In this document: positions 1-10,591 of the stretch, in pieces
Layout of the letters: every line of letters starts with the position of its first letter
Numbering within the stretch: the stretch's first letter is position 1
From: Eledone cirrhosa
Taxonomy: Eukaryota
Reading direction: 5' to 3'
Length of the DNA: 64,000 nt
Assembly: GCA_964016885.1 (NCBI GenBank)
Contig: OZ024746.1
Coordinates: 54,126,001 to 54,190,000, forward strand
The notes under the pieces: generated by a model
The model's database searches: none
The model's input: the letters and a program-made list of their open reading frames with translations, nothing else
What the model was told of the DNA's origin: nothing
Program-made: the position numbers and the translations under genes

Positions 1-329
1 TGTGCGGTATCTTTGCACTGGAGTGGAGAGGGGATTCTTGAAAAGATAAAATACCGGTATACCTAGCCGGGCCAGCTACTATATATATATAAACAAGAGG
101 TTTAAGTCAATCTTTATATATATATATGGAACAAAATATTTGAATCTACAAATTGTTCTCCTCTTACAACTTGAACTACGTCATTTTCTTAAATTTTTTT
201 ATGTAAAATGTAAATCAACATCCTTTGTAACTCATATGAGAAATATAAACAATTAATACTTGTGGTTTATTTCTATAAAATCACCAATAATACTTATACT
301 TGCACAATTATTAATCTATATAGATATTT

Positions 330-640
330 ATATACTTACAACCTTTTGTAATGTAATAAGATAAAATGTACTTACAACCATAATTCTTCATATAATCTAA
401 TTGGTTATATATACAATATTATAACTCATAATATAGGTAAATAATTTCTTTTAAATTCTGGAATCATATTCCACCATTCCTACAAACTGTTAATTCTTTT
501 TAAATTAACGTAAATACAAGCTCTTCTTTCTTTCTCTTTCTTCTTCCAACACATACATTCATATATCCTAATAATTATTTAAATCTACTTCGCGTCTAAA
601 AATAACGTTTTTTTTTTCAGCCCTGTACCTCAACCTCATT
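330..640 (+). pseudogene. Possible highly decayed Penelope-like GIY-YIG endonuclease 3' remnant
   Basis: Broken frames read SSYNLIGYIY, NIGK and a terminal YLN, loosely like PLE endonuclease C-termini. A hammerhead-like motif follows at 771-866. Weak. Confidence 0.3.
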
Positions 641-770
641 TGCATACTCATCTTAATAATTTGATTTGAAATATTTGACGTTTCTTCTCTTTCCATTCTT
701 TCCTTTACTATCCAAGAAAAACTTGACCCGTTAAGATCTTCTTCCTGGATATGTCAATTATTTATAAAAC

Positions 771-820
771 AAACTTTATATTTTATCTGATGAGGGCGTA
801 ATAAAGTTTTGGTACCCTTG

Positions 821-854
<34 letters not shown>

Positions 855-866
855 GTATAAAGGTTT
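771..866 (+). ncRNA. Degenerate type I hammerhead-like motif with (TA)n in loop III
   Basis: aaactttatattttat-CTGATGA-ggg...ccctt-GAAA-(TA)n-ataaaggtataaaggttt. Flanks pair as an extended stem I; cleavage register is imperfect. Confidence 0.4.
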
Positions 867-1057
867 GAACCCGACCGGTGTAAGGGAATCTTCCTGTCAT
901 TACGATAGCAGCAGTCCGACGAGCATTTGATTCATTCTAGAGTCGTGCCCGATCGATACAGATCGATTATTGAACTGATCAATTGCGAAACGCGCCTCAG
1001 ACCTCAATAAATGTAATGGAAATTTAACACAACGTCCTTTTTATTATTATTATTATT

Positions 1058-1813
1058 CAGTGCTACCGAGGAGCTTTGCCAGTTCGGGATAAACTCTACA
1101 GGCATGGAGGTTCTGTCAGCCGGGCACGTCCGAGATGCGCGCAGGGCGACGAAACCGTCCTTCATGCACTCGTCCAGTGTCCGAGCATTGCTGACTTGTG
1201 GGTTTATGTAGAACACCTGCTGTCGCCAGTAGAACGGATCCGACTATCAGCTGAGTCCATCGTGAGGATTGCCCCGCCCTCTTCCTTTAGCCGGGAAGGG
1301 CAGGCCGTTTTTATCTGTCTGGAGGCCATGGCGAAAGAGATAGTATGGTGGATGCGTCTGAAAGGGCTGAAGACGAGAACTTACCTCTTCGGTGATGCCC
1401 TGATTAACTTTTTCCAATTTCATTTGAAAAGGAAAATCAGAGTAGAGAGGGAGGTGCTCTCTTCCCAGCTTTTTATTGAAAGATGGGTGAGATGGGCAAA
1501 AATGGCCCCAGTGAATGGATCTACTCTGAGTATATGCCTGTAAATTGAGGGTGGAAAACTGGGAGAGGACATTTGCCCTGGTGGTCATTGTCACCGTGGC
1601 TTTAATGGGCTTTCTCCACGATGGCCCTCGGAAGTCTCCCCCATATTGGGGAAGTTTTCATTGTTCTTTTATTACATCCTCTGTTTTTTTTTTTTGGGAG
1701 GGGGGGGGGGGGGGGGGGTTACACGCAGAAATGCCCATTTGTACCGTCCTGTATTGTCCTGTACTGTCCTTAATGTCTACTTTGTGTAAACCCTTGTGGT
1801 TAATAAAGAAAGC
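1058..1813 (+). mobile_element. 5'-truncated L1/Tx1-like element (ORF2 C-terminus + 3'UTR)
   Basis: Highly similar to 9053-9800; CPRC..H..C zinc finger; AATAAA then (ATT)n; bounded by (TTA)n. Confidence 0.93.
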
Positions 1814-1822
1814 ATTATTATT

Positions 1823-2094
1823 ATCATGGCGAAAGAGATTGTGTGGTGGACAAGGTTAAAAGGGTTAAAGACAGACACTTTCCTCTTCGGCGAATCCCTA
1901 ATTAACTTTTTCAAGTTTCACTTGAAGAGGAAAATCAGGGTGAAGAGGCAAGTGCTGCATTCTAGCAAGTTTGTTGAAAAGTGGGTGAATGTAGCGAGAA
2001 TGGAAAAATGAGAGATGGAAAAATTGAGAGAGGGCGCTTGCCTTGGTGGTCAGGGTGGCCGTGGTCTTTTGTGTGTTTTTCGCCACGAGTAACC
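1823..2094 (+). mobile_element. Diverged Tx1-like 3' fragment (second subfamily)
   Basis: MAKEIVWWTRLKGLKTDTFLFGESLINFFKFHLKRKIRV is homologous to the ORF2 end; starts at short (ATT)n. Confidence 0.85.
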
Positions 2095-2246
2095 CTCAGT
2101 CATTGATGTTATTTAACTGGAAAGTTTGTTGAAATGAATATTAAGCCAATACCTGCAGCTTCAGATATTCAGGACGTATCGGAGGGCTCTTGCTGTTCCC
2201 AGCAAGCATGCCTTTTGAAGTGTTCCAAAAAGTGGGGCAGAACCAA

Positions 2247-2247
<1 letters not shown>
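2095..2247 (-). mobile_element. Dong/R4 family A 3' fragment
   Basis: GTLQKACLLGTARALRYVLNI* and a 3'UTR matching 10592-10745. Confidence 0.88.
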
Positions 2248-2302
<55 letters not shown>

Positions 2303-2303
<1 letters not shown>

Positions 2304-3535
2304 AGTTGCATTTATCTTGCTTTATGTTCATACGAGTTATCACCAAGTCACAACCAGTGACCTCAAGAGACAACAAGGTCCGCCATGTTCAAGAAAGAAC
2401 ATACATACTCACACATGCATCTTTAGTGTTTAGACTTGTGATGTACTTATATTGACAGAATCTTCCTTAGTATATGGGCAGTTCCCATTAGTACTATCTT
2501 TTGTATTTCTCCTATACGCGGGTTTCCTGGGATTTGCGATAAGTAATCATTAGACCCTTTAGGTATCATTCCCAGAGCGCCTACAACCACTGGTATTGTT
2601 TTAGTTCTCAATTTCTACATTTTTCCAATTTCTATCTCCAGGTCCTTATACTTGCTCAATTTTTCAAATGTTTTTATAGATGCATTCTTGTCTATTGGAA
2701 CGGACATATCAATTAGCAGGCATACCCTCTTTTTAAAGTCCTTCAATATTATATCAGGTCTATTTGCATCTATTTTTCGGTCTGTTTGGATGCTAAAGTT
2801 CCACAAGATTGAGATGTGATCTTTTTCAAGTATGGGAGGTGGTTGATGATCTCACCAATTCTTTTGATGGGGCAGGTCAAAATGATTACACATTATCCAA
2901 TGTATGTATTGTGCAGCTCTGTCATGCCTGTTTAGGTATTCGGTTGGAGCTATAGGACTGCACATTGAAATTATATGGTCAATGGTCTCTGGTTGTTTTT
3001 TGCATACACGGCATAATGGGCTGCATCCATTTTTTATTATGTTGGCTTGGTAATTTTTTGTTGGCAGACACTGATCTTGTGCTGATATAATCAGTCCTGC
3101 AGTCTCCAATTTCAGTCCAGAGGATGCCAAACACTGATGGGTTAAAGTTTTGTCAACATCAGGATTGTTAGCTCGTTCTGGGTATTTTCCATACAGAGGC
3201 TTCTCTTGCCATTTCTTAGTCAGTTTCTGTAGCAGTTCTTTCTTTGCAGTTACTTTTACCTGCTTTGCTTTTTCTGTGTTTTCCATTTCAGCAGTAAATG
3301 GGACTTCTGGAATTTGTAGTCCATTACTGTATCTTTGTGCATCTTTTGTAATGGAATATAATCTTTTGATGCTTTCGTGTTTCAAAACGAGTTTAATCAT
3401 CCAATCATGTGATTCCCTTAGATATGTAGATAATCCAATTGTTGCAGTTTTCAACGCAATGTCTAACTGGATTAACCCACGTCCCCTTTCTTTCCTAGGG
3501 AGATATATTCTATCTGTATCTGCCTTAGGGTGATG

Positions 3536-3537
<2 letters not shown>
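2303..3537 (-). mobile_element. Dong/R4 family B, 5'-truncated, with stop
   Basis: RIYLPRKERGRGL, AQDQCL, CRVCKK..ETIDHII..C, RHD, WNFSIQTD..RPD..DMSVP..K..KY (CCHC + restriction-like endonuclease); 3'UTR distinct from family A; (ATT)n both sides. Confidence 0.9.
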
Positions 3538-3567
<30 letters not shown>

Positions 3568-3568
<1 letters not shown>

Positions 3569-3751
3569 AGTTGCATTTATCTTGCTTTATGTTCATAGGA
3601 GTTATCACCAAGTCACAACCAGTGACCTCAAGAGACAACAAGGTCCGCCATGTTCAAGAAAGAACATACATATTCACACATGCATCTTTAGTGTTTAGAC
3701 TTGTGATGTACTTATATTGACAGAATCTTCCTTAGTATATGGGCAGTTCCC
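3568..3751 (-). mobile_element. Dong/R4 family B short 3' fragment
   Basis: Near-identical to 2303-2487, between (ATT)n tracts. Confidence 0.88.
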
Positions 3752-3986
3752 ATTATTATTATTATTATTATTGAATGCCATGGTTGACGGAGGCTCGGCT
3801 CTGTAAGGTATAGTAATTTTTAACCGTTAAAACAATTGTAAATTGTTTAAAACTTGAACCAAATTGTTGATAAAGACACCCTCCTCCTCGTGAGAGGGGT
3901 CTTTCTGTCCGTTATTTGGCCCTTCGGGGTTAAATAACCAGTTATTGGGGTTTTGTACCCAATATTCATTTTAAACAAAAAACAAC

Positions 3987-6083
3987 ATGGCTACGAAAAA
4001 GAAATTTCATACGTCACTCCCACTCATTCCGTCTTCTTCTTCCTCAATCATCACTACAGCAGAGAGAAGATTGTCTCTCTCCCTCCCTTCTTTAAATGTG
4101 TCTCTCTCCCTCCCTTCTCTTTCGCAAGCGACGAAAGAAAAGAAAAGTCTCGTGCAAAGCGTGCAAGGTTTCTCCACGACGACGACGACAGCGACGAAAC
4201 AGGTGTGCGGGAAATACGAAAACCCAGTTCATTCGTCTGACGTCAGGAATAATAGCAGTAGCAGCCGTAATAACAACAGCAACAGTGACAATGAAAACAA
4301 CAGTAGCAGCCGCAACAGCATCACCAGCAGCATAAACAACAACAGCATTAGCAGCAGCAACACCAACAACAACCACAGCAACAGCGGCGGAGGCAGTAGT
4401 CGTAGTACCTGCAGCAACAACAAAAGTACCAGCAGCTCTGACGACAACAACAACAGCAGAGAAAAACCAATCTCATTTGCAGGTATTGCGAAAAACTTGG
4501 AAACAATCCTCATAACAAATGAGGAATTAGAGGAAGCGAAGAAGATGGTGACAAAGAACGGACACCGAGCAATCTGCAAGGCAGCGAAAAATTTTTTCGA
4601 AACCCAAGAGCACTGTACGGTCACGTACCGTACAGTAAGTACAAAATCCCGTAGGGTGGAAAGAGCCACAGAGGCCCAAATACAAAAAGCCTTGGGGTCT
4701 GTGTGGCAGAGGAAAACGCACATCACCCGAGGCAAAAAATACGCCACCGTAGACGTACTTTTTGCCACACCCCAGGAGGCAAAGGCCCAATCAGTAGTGA
4801 CCCTAAGGAGCGAGGAAATGGTGTTGGTGCCCTCCTACTGCGGGCAAAAAATTGTGAGGGTCAAACTGACCCACGTCCCCCCCGGAATGACCCCTTCTTG
4901 GCTGGCCGCGTCTGTCCTCGTCGGAATCGAGGACAAAACAACTGTACTGCAAGTACAGAAAAAAGTAAGAGAAGATTGGGTCGGCTCCTCCATTGAGATG
5001 CTAATCCAAACCAACCAGGAGTGCATCGAAGCTATCCCAGATGTGATAGACTTCGATAACGGCACTCAACTGCCCATAAGTGTTGAGGGCAAACGCCCGA
5101 AATGCTTTCGGTGTGGATCGAAGACTCACCTCAGGGCCTTCTGCAACGAGAAGACCCTGAGAAAGGAGAAAACCCCCCTCCTTCCGAATCCGGCTCCACG
5201 GCTACCAGCAACAGGACAAGCGGCAACCAGGAACGATAGGTCCGTGGCACCCATACCCACGCCACGGAAATCAAAAACAGCAGCAGCAGTGGAAATATTA
5301 ACAACAACAACAGCAATACCAAATGCAGCTGCAACAGAGACTCCAGTGCAAACATCACCAACAACAACAAGTGAAAGAGTGGAGCTGGTACCCCTCCCCG
5401 ACCTCACAGAATCAGACATGGAGTGTGAGGTGGGAGAGGGATGGCAAAAGGTCGCAAGAAGGCACAAACGCAGAAGCAGCGCATCGTCGCCTTTGAAAAG
5501 GGAGGAAAGAAATGAGAAAAGGGTAAAGTCTACTGCAAAGAGACCCACAGCAGCAACAACACCAACACCATCACCACCCACACTAGCACCACCATCACCA
5601 CCGGCGACAACCCCACCGCCAACAACACCTTCAACACCACCACCACAAGCACCAACATCGCAAACACAACAACAAAACACACACACCCAGCAACAACGAC
5701 AAGAAAATAGCAGAACCACACCCCACCCCCAGAAAAACAAATGCACGGCAATAAATACACACAACAAGAAACTAATGACTTACATAATTGAACACACAGA
5801 CATTTCACAACAGGACTACATAATACCAGCACCAATCAAAACGCCAACTAACATAAGACTGCTAAAAATAGCACAGAAACAATACACAAACATTAAAACG
5901 AAATTCCCCAACGCAGTTGGTGATTTCAGGGACCTAGGAGGAACCATCAATCGAAGAGTATACTCAGACATTCTCTTAGAAGAGCCGACGACCAGCCGAA
6001 GGGACGATTCAACGGTCCCTTCACCAGACGATCAAGTGAAAAGGGATGTAAAAACCATCCCTCCTCTACCAAAAGTACGGTAA
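3987..6083 (+). CDS. ORF1p, gag-like nucleic-acid-binding protein (698 aa)
   Basis: CX2CX4HX4C knuckle CFRCGSKTHLRAFC; N/S-rich and P/T-rich low-complexity linkers; directly upstream of ORF2. Confidence 0.9.
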   Translation: MATKKKFHTSLPLIPSSSSSIITTAERRLSLSLPSLNVSLSLPSLSQATKEKKSLVQSVQGFSTTTTTATKQVCGKYENPVHSSDVRNNSSSSRNNNSNSDNENNSSSRNSITSSINNNSISSSNTNNNHSNSGGGSSRSTCSNNKSTSSSDDNNNSREKPISFAGIAKNLETILITNEELEEAKKMVTKNGHRAICKAAKNFFETQEHCTVTYRTVSTKSRRVERATEAQIQKALGSVWQRKTHITRGKKYATVDVLFATPQEAKAQSVVTLRSEEMVLVPSYCGQKIVRVKLTHVPPGMTPSWLAASVLVGIEDKTTVLQVQKKVREDWVGSSIEMLIQTNQECIEAIPDVIDFDNGTQLPISVEGKRPKCFRCGSKTHLRAFCNEKTLRKEKTPLLPNPAPRLPATGQAATRNDRSVAPIPTPRKSKTAAAVEILTTTTAIPNAAATETPVQTSPTTTSERVELVPLPDLTESDMECEVGEGWQKVARRHKRRSSASSPLKREERNEKRVKSTAKRPTAATTPTPSPPTLAPPSPPATTPPPTTPSTPPPQAPTSQTQQQNTHTQQQRQENSRTTPHPQKNKCTAINTHNKKLMTYIIEHTDISQQDYIIPAPIKTPTNIRLLKIAQKQYTNIKTKFPNAVGDFRDLGGTINRRVYSDILLEEPTTSRRDDSTVPSPDDQVKRDVKTIPPLPKVR

Positions 6084-6118
6084 GTGGTCTTTCCCATCTT
6101 TTCCACTCTATTTTAAAC

Positions 6119-9100
6119 ATGACCTCACTCAGAATAGGCAGCATAAATGCGCGTGGCTTGGGGTCGTCATGGAAGCAGGGTCACCTGCTCAACGACCTCA
6201 GGTCACTAAACATAGATGTAGTGGCCATCAGCGAGACCAGAATCTCCGAAGCACGGGCCTTCGTACCGATCTTCGGCGGCTACGATGTGTACGCATCTCC
6301 CAGCCGTCCTGGATCGGGTGGAGGAGTTGCTGTGCTTTTTCGGAGAGGTTTGGATCTCGCCATACGGGCCATCTTCCTGGACCCAGAGGGTAAGCTGGTG
6401 GTGCTGGACGTGACCAGCGGAGACGGGCAAGCTTTCAGGCTAGTGGCCGTCTATGCCCCGACAGGAGCAGGGCGGCCTGATTTCTTCCGGCGTCTGGAGA
6501 CCTTTCTTGGAACGTCCCGCTCTTTAGTGTTAGTGGGCGACTGGAACGGGATCTTAGATGCACGCTGGGACTGTGTGGGATTAGCGGATAGGGGTGGAGG
6601 GTGCAAGAGCCTCACCAACCTGCTCAGGCGTTTTGAACTGTCTGACAGGTACCGATTGGATTTCCCGAATGTGCCAATGTGGACTTGGACAAACCGCATA
6701 GGGTCATCCAGATCATATCTAGATAGAGTATTTTGTAGGGAAATAGATAGGTCTAGCATAGGCTGTCCACAATTCAAGATAGTCAGCTACACGGACCACA
6801 AATTCGTGATCTGTGTGCTTGACTTAGATAGGCTTCATAGACGAGGACCCGGCTACTGGAAGCTAAACGCGTCCTTACCAGCGCGCAAGGCCTACAGAGA
6901 CCGGATTAGCGAACTAGTTAAGCGGGCGTTGACGGGGGCCATCGTCAACAACAAGTGGTGGTTTGCTCTGAAAAGAGCGATTAGAATAGAATCGATTAGG
7001 TTTAGTAAGGCTTTAGCAATAGAGAAAAATAGAGCAGAGGGAGAACTAGTTAGAAAATTAGACGAGGCGCTTAGCAAAGGCATTGCGACCGACGTGCTTG
7101 CGGCGAAATTGGCCCTTGACCAATTCTTCAATGCAAAGCACGAAGGCTGCGTTGTCAGAGCTAGGGTGCGTGCTCTCAGACACGAGGGGACGAAAGCCGT
7201 TCAATGGGCCCGAGTGGCGGAGGCACGTCGTGGCAACAAAGCCACGATCCGGTCTTTGGTGGACCACGACGGGCGCATACTACTCGATCCCGGGCAAATG
7301 TGTGAAGCTTTTCAGCGACACTTCGCTCAGCTGTTCGGGGGCAGCGGGGGGCCGGGTAGAGGGATGGACTTTAGTGTCTACCTCGACGGACTGCCGCGGC
7401 TCTCGGCCACTGAGGCGAAGTGTTGCGAAAAGCCGATAACAGCCGCTGAAGTAAGGGAGGCAATGACTGGCTGCACAAGGGGTAAATCGCCTGGTTTGGA
7501 TGGTCTGCCCTATGAACTTTACGTACAGATGCCAGACTTGTTCGGAGGCCTCTTGGCGGACGTCTACTGCAACTGGCAACAGAACGGGAGAATTCCCAGT
7601 TCTGTGAGCCGAGGAGCGGTGGCACTGCTGAGAAAGGATCCGAACAAGGGGGATAACATAGACAATTTCCGGCCCATAACTCTGCTAAACACAGAGTTTA
7701 AGATTTTGGCCAAGGTGCTAGCAAAGAGGTTGGCGCTTGTCGTTGGTGGTCTGGTGGGAGAGGCGCAGACATGCGCCATTCCCGACAGATCCATCCACGA
7801 CAACCTCCACCTCATGCGATACATCGTAGAGAGGGTAGCTAGGGAACCTGGCACGGGTGGGTCCTTGATCAATTTAGATCAGTCGAAAGCTTTCGATAGG
7901 GTCGACCATCGTTACCTAGCGGCAGTCCTGAGGGCGGCTGGCTTTGGGCCCGTCTTCAGAGGCTGGATCGCTGCCATGCACAGCGACATCTGCTCTGTGG
8001 TGAGAGTGAACGGTCACCTGTCGGAACCGTTCAACATCATGCGCTCGGTCCGCCAAGGATGTCCCCTCTCGTCCCTCTTGTACGTATTGACTCTCGAGCC
8101 ATTACTGCACAAACTGGAGACGTTGAGGGGAGTCCCGCGCGAACTAGGATGCGGAAGATCCGTGTCAGCATATGCGGACGATGTCACCGTAGTGGTGTCG
8201 AACGCCAAACACATCGAGGCGATCGGCACTACACTAAGAGAATACGAAGCGGTGACAGGAGCAATGATCAACCAGGAAAAGTCAGTGGGCCTGCAGCTCG
8301 GCACCTGGAGAGGCAGGTCCATGCCGTCCAACAGCGTCGTCGGGCGCTGGACGGACGGACCGGTTAAATTGCTAGGGGTCTGGTTCGGTCCGGACCTCCA
8401 GACGGACAAAAACTGGGACGAGGTGACGAGCAGGGTGGCTTCTCTCACCCAGAAATGGGCGGAGAGGAAGCTATCCCTGAAAGGTCGAGCGGAGGTGGCT
8501 AACGCGTACATCGCGTCTGTCATCTGCTACCGCCTAACCGTCGTACCTTGTCCTAAGCCTCGCCTGACTGTGCTGGAGCGTTTGCTCTTTCGCTTTTTGT
8601 GGAAGGGACGTGCTCCGATGGTCAGGCGGTCCATCTGTTGTCAACACCCGCTACGTGGAGGGCTGGGCATGCCGTGGCTGATGATGCGCAGGCACGCGCT
8701 CAGGCTACGACATCTCCACCTCTTCCTCGACGGTGATCAGGTGTGGTCGCCGTTTGCTAGACGCGTTTTTCCCCAGCTCGTTTCCTTGACGGAGCTGCAG
8801 TCCTGGGTCAAGCGAAGACCGAGAGGGAGCGCCTGGAGACTGGAATGTCTTCAGGCGCTCACAGCCCTCGACCAATCGGGCAATGTGATCGGTGGAAACT
8901 CCACCTCGGCGTTCTATAGAGGATTAGTGGAGGGGAAGAGCGACGACGTACTTGGGGAAACTCTAGGCGTCGACGAAAATCAACTAGCCAATCTCTTCGG
9001 AAGAACTTTCGGGCCAGGGCCTATGGACAACTTCCAGAAATCTCTGGCCTGGCAGTGCTACCGAGGAGCCTTGCCAGTTCGGGATAAACTCTACAGGCAT

Positions 9101-9538
9101 GGAGGTGCCGTCAGCCGGGCATGTCCGAGATGCGCGCAGGGCGACGAAACCGTCCTGCACGCACTCGTCCAGTGTCCGAAAATTGCTGACTTGTGGATTT
9201 ATGTCGAACACCTGCTGTCGCGTTTAGGACGGATCCAGCTATCATCTGAGTCTATCGTGAGGATTGCCCCGCCCTCCTCCTTTAGCCGGGAAGGGCAGGC
9301 AGTTTTTATCTGTCTGGTGGCCATGGCGAAAGAGATAGTATGGTGGACACGTTTGAAAGGGCTGAAGACGAGCACTTACCTCTTCGGTGATGCTCTGATT
9401 GACTTTTTCAAATTTCATTTGAAAAGGAAAATCAGAGTAGAGAAGGAAGTGCTCTCTTCCCAGCATTTTGTTGAAAGATGGGTGAGAGAAGCAAGAATGG
9501 CCCGAGTGAATGGGCCGACTCTGAGTATATATCTGTAA
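6119..9538 (+). CDS. ORF2p: APE endonuclease + reverse transcriptase + C-terminal CCHC finger (1139 aa)
   Basis: APE motifs NARG, SETR, VYAP, GDWN, SYLDR, TDH; WKLN; RT KSPGLDG, RPITLLN, LDQSKAFDRV, VRQGCPLS, YADD; CPRC..ETVLHALVQC. Confidence 0.96.
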   Translation: MTSLRIGSINARGLGSSWKQGHLLNDLRSLNIDVVAISETRISEARAFVPIFGGYDVYASPSRPGSGGGVAVLFRRGLDLAIRAIFLDPEGKLVVLDVTSGDGQAFRLVAVYAPTGAGRPDFFRRLETFLGTSRSLVLVGDWNGILDARWDCVGLADRGGGCKSLTNLLRRFELSDRYRLDFPNVPMWTWTNRIGSSRSYLDRVFCREIDRSSIGCPQFKIVSYTDHKFVICVLDLDRLHRRGPGYWKLNASLPARKAYRDRISELVKRALTGAIVNNKWWFALKRAIRIESIRFSKALAIEKNRAEGELVRKLDEALSKGIATDVLAAKLALDQFFNAKHEGCVVRARVRALRHEGTKAVQWARVAEARRGNKATIRSLVDHDGRILLDPGQMCEAFQRHFAQLFGGSGGPGRGMDFSVYLDGLPRLSATEAKCCEKPITAAEVREAMTGCTRGKSPGLDGLPYELYVQMPDLFGGLLADVYCNWQQNGRIPSSVSRGAVALLRKDPNKGDNIDNFRPITLLNTEFKILAKVLAKRLALVVGGLVGEAQTCAIPDRSIHDNLHLMRYIVERVAREPGTGGSLINLDQSKAFDRVDHRYLAAVLRAAGFGPVFRGWIAAMHSDICSVVRVNGHLSEPFNIMRSVRQGCPLSSLLYVLTLEPLLHKLETLRGVPRELGCGRSVSAYADDVTVVVSNAKHIEAIGTTLREYEAVTGAMINQEKSVGLQLGTWRGRSMPSNSVVGRWTDGPVKLLGVWFGPDLQTDKNWDEVTSRVASLTQKWAERKLSLKGRAEVANAYIASVICYRLTVVPCPKPRLTVLERLLFRFLWKGRAPMVRRSICCQHPLRGGLGMPWLMMRRHALRLRHLHLFLDGDQVWSPFARRVFPQLVSLTELQSWVKRRPRGSAWRLECLQALTALDQSGNVIGGNSTSAFYRGLVEGKSDDVLGETLGVDENQLANLFGRTFGPGPMDNFQKSLAWQCYRGALPVRDKLYRHGGAVSRACPRCAQGDETVLHALVQCPKIADLWIYVEHLLSRLGRIQLSSESIVRIAPPSSFSREGQAVFICLVAMAKEIVWWTRLKGLKTSTYLFGDALIDFFKFHLKRKIRVEKEVLSSQHFVERWVREARMARVNGPTLSIYL

Positions 9539-9798
9539 ACTAAAGGTGGAAAACTGGGAGAGGGCACTTGCCTTGGTGGTCAGGGTCATTGTGGCTTTTT
9601 ACTGGGCTTTCTCCACAAATGTCCCTCCGAAGTCTCCCCCCTATTGGGGAATTTTTCATTGTTATTTTCATTGTTATTTTTGTTACATCCTCTGTTTTTG
9701 TTTTTTTACACGCAGAAATGCCCATTTGTACCGTCCTGCATTGTCCTGCACTGTCCTTAATGTCTACTTTATGTAAACCCTTGTGGTTAATAAAGAAA

Positions 9799-9863
<65 letters not shown>

Positions 9864-9870
9864 GTTATTA

Positions 9871-10535
9871 CTCCTTGAGTCTCAGTCATTGATGTTAGAT
9901 AACTGGAAAGTTTGTTGGAATGAATATCAAGCCACTACCTGCAGCCTCAGGTATTCAGGACGTATCGGAGGGTTCTTGCTGTTCCCAGCAAGCATGCCTT
10001 TTGAAGCGTTCCAAAAAGCGTGAAGGGGCCGATTTTCTTTAACCATCCCTGGAAACTTTTTGAGATAGTCCCCAGTGCGCCTATGACAATCGGGATCACT
10101 TTGAATTCATGGCAGTTCCAAATCCTTTTTACCTCCCACTTTAGGTCCTGGTATGGGTTAATTTTCTTCCTCTCCTTCTCTTGCACTCTCGTGTCGAATG
10201 GGCAGGCCACATCCACAATCAGGCACGATCTTTTTTCTTTGTCCACAACCACCAGGTCAGGTCTATTGTGTTCCAGTTACTTGTTCGTCTGTATCCTAAA
10301 ATCCCACAGCACCTTCACCTGATCGTTCTCTATCACCGCATCTGGCTTATGCTCATACCATTTCTCAGAATGTGGTAAATTGTGCACTTTGCACAGGTGC
10401 CAGTGGATCACCCTGCCCATCACATCATGGCTCCAGCTCTTATAGTGGGTCTGGGCTAGGTGTTTACACTCGGATACAATGTGAGCCAGTCTCCTCTCTC
10501 TCTGCACAGATCCTGCACAGTAGGCTAGCCTCCTT
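9871..10535 (-). mobile_element. Dong/R4 family A 5'-truncated copy, frameshifted
   Basis: Closely matches 10592-11260; RLE motifs RPD..DVACP..EK..Y. Confidence 0.92.
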
Positions 10536-10591
10536 TATATTTTATTGTTATTGTTATTATTATTACTATTATTATTATTGTTATTGTTATT

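Larger units (their letters stand above)
3773..9800 (+). mobile_element. Full-length intact L1/Tx1-like non-LTR retrotransposon (copy 1)
   Basis: 5'UTR, ORF1, 35-nt spacer, ORF2, 3'UTR with AATAAA (9789), (ATT)n both sides; same ends as the inverted copy 50867-56890. Confidence 0.96.

Noticed and set aside
912-1003. ccgacga-gca..tgc-gaaacgcg hammerhead-like motif
   Set aside because: Core changes, no UH triplet, stem I out of register; at best a relic.
6169-9589. Short antisense/alternative-frame ORFs inside ORF2, conserved between copies
   Set aside because: Conservation merely reflects near-identity of the copies; no motifs.
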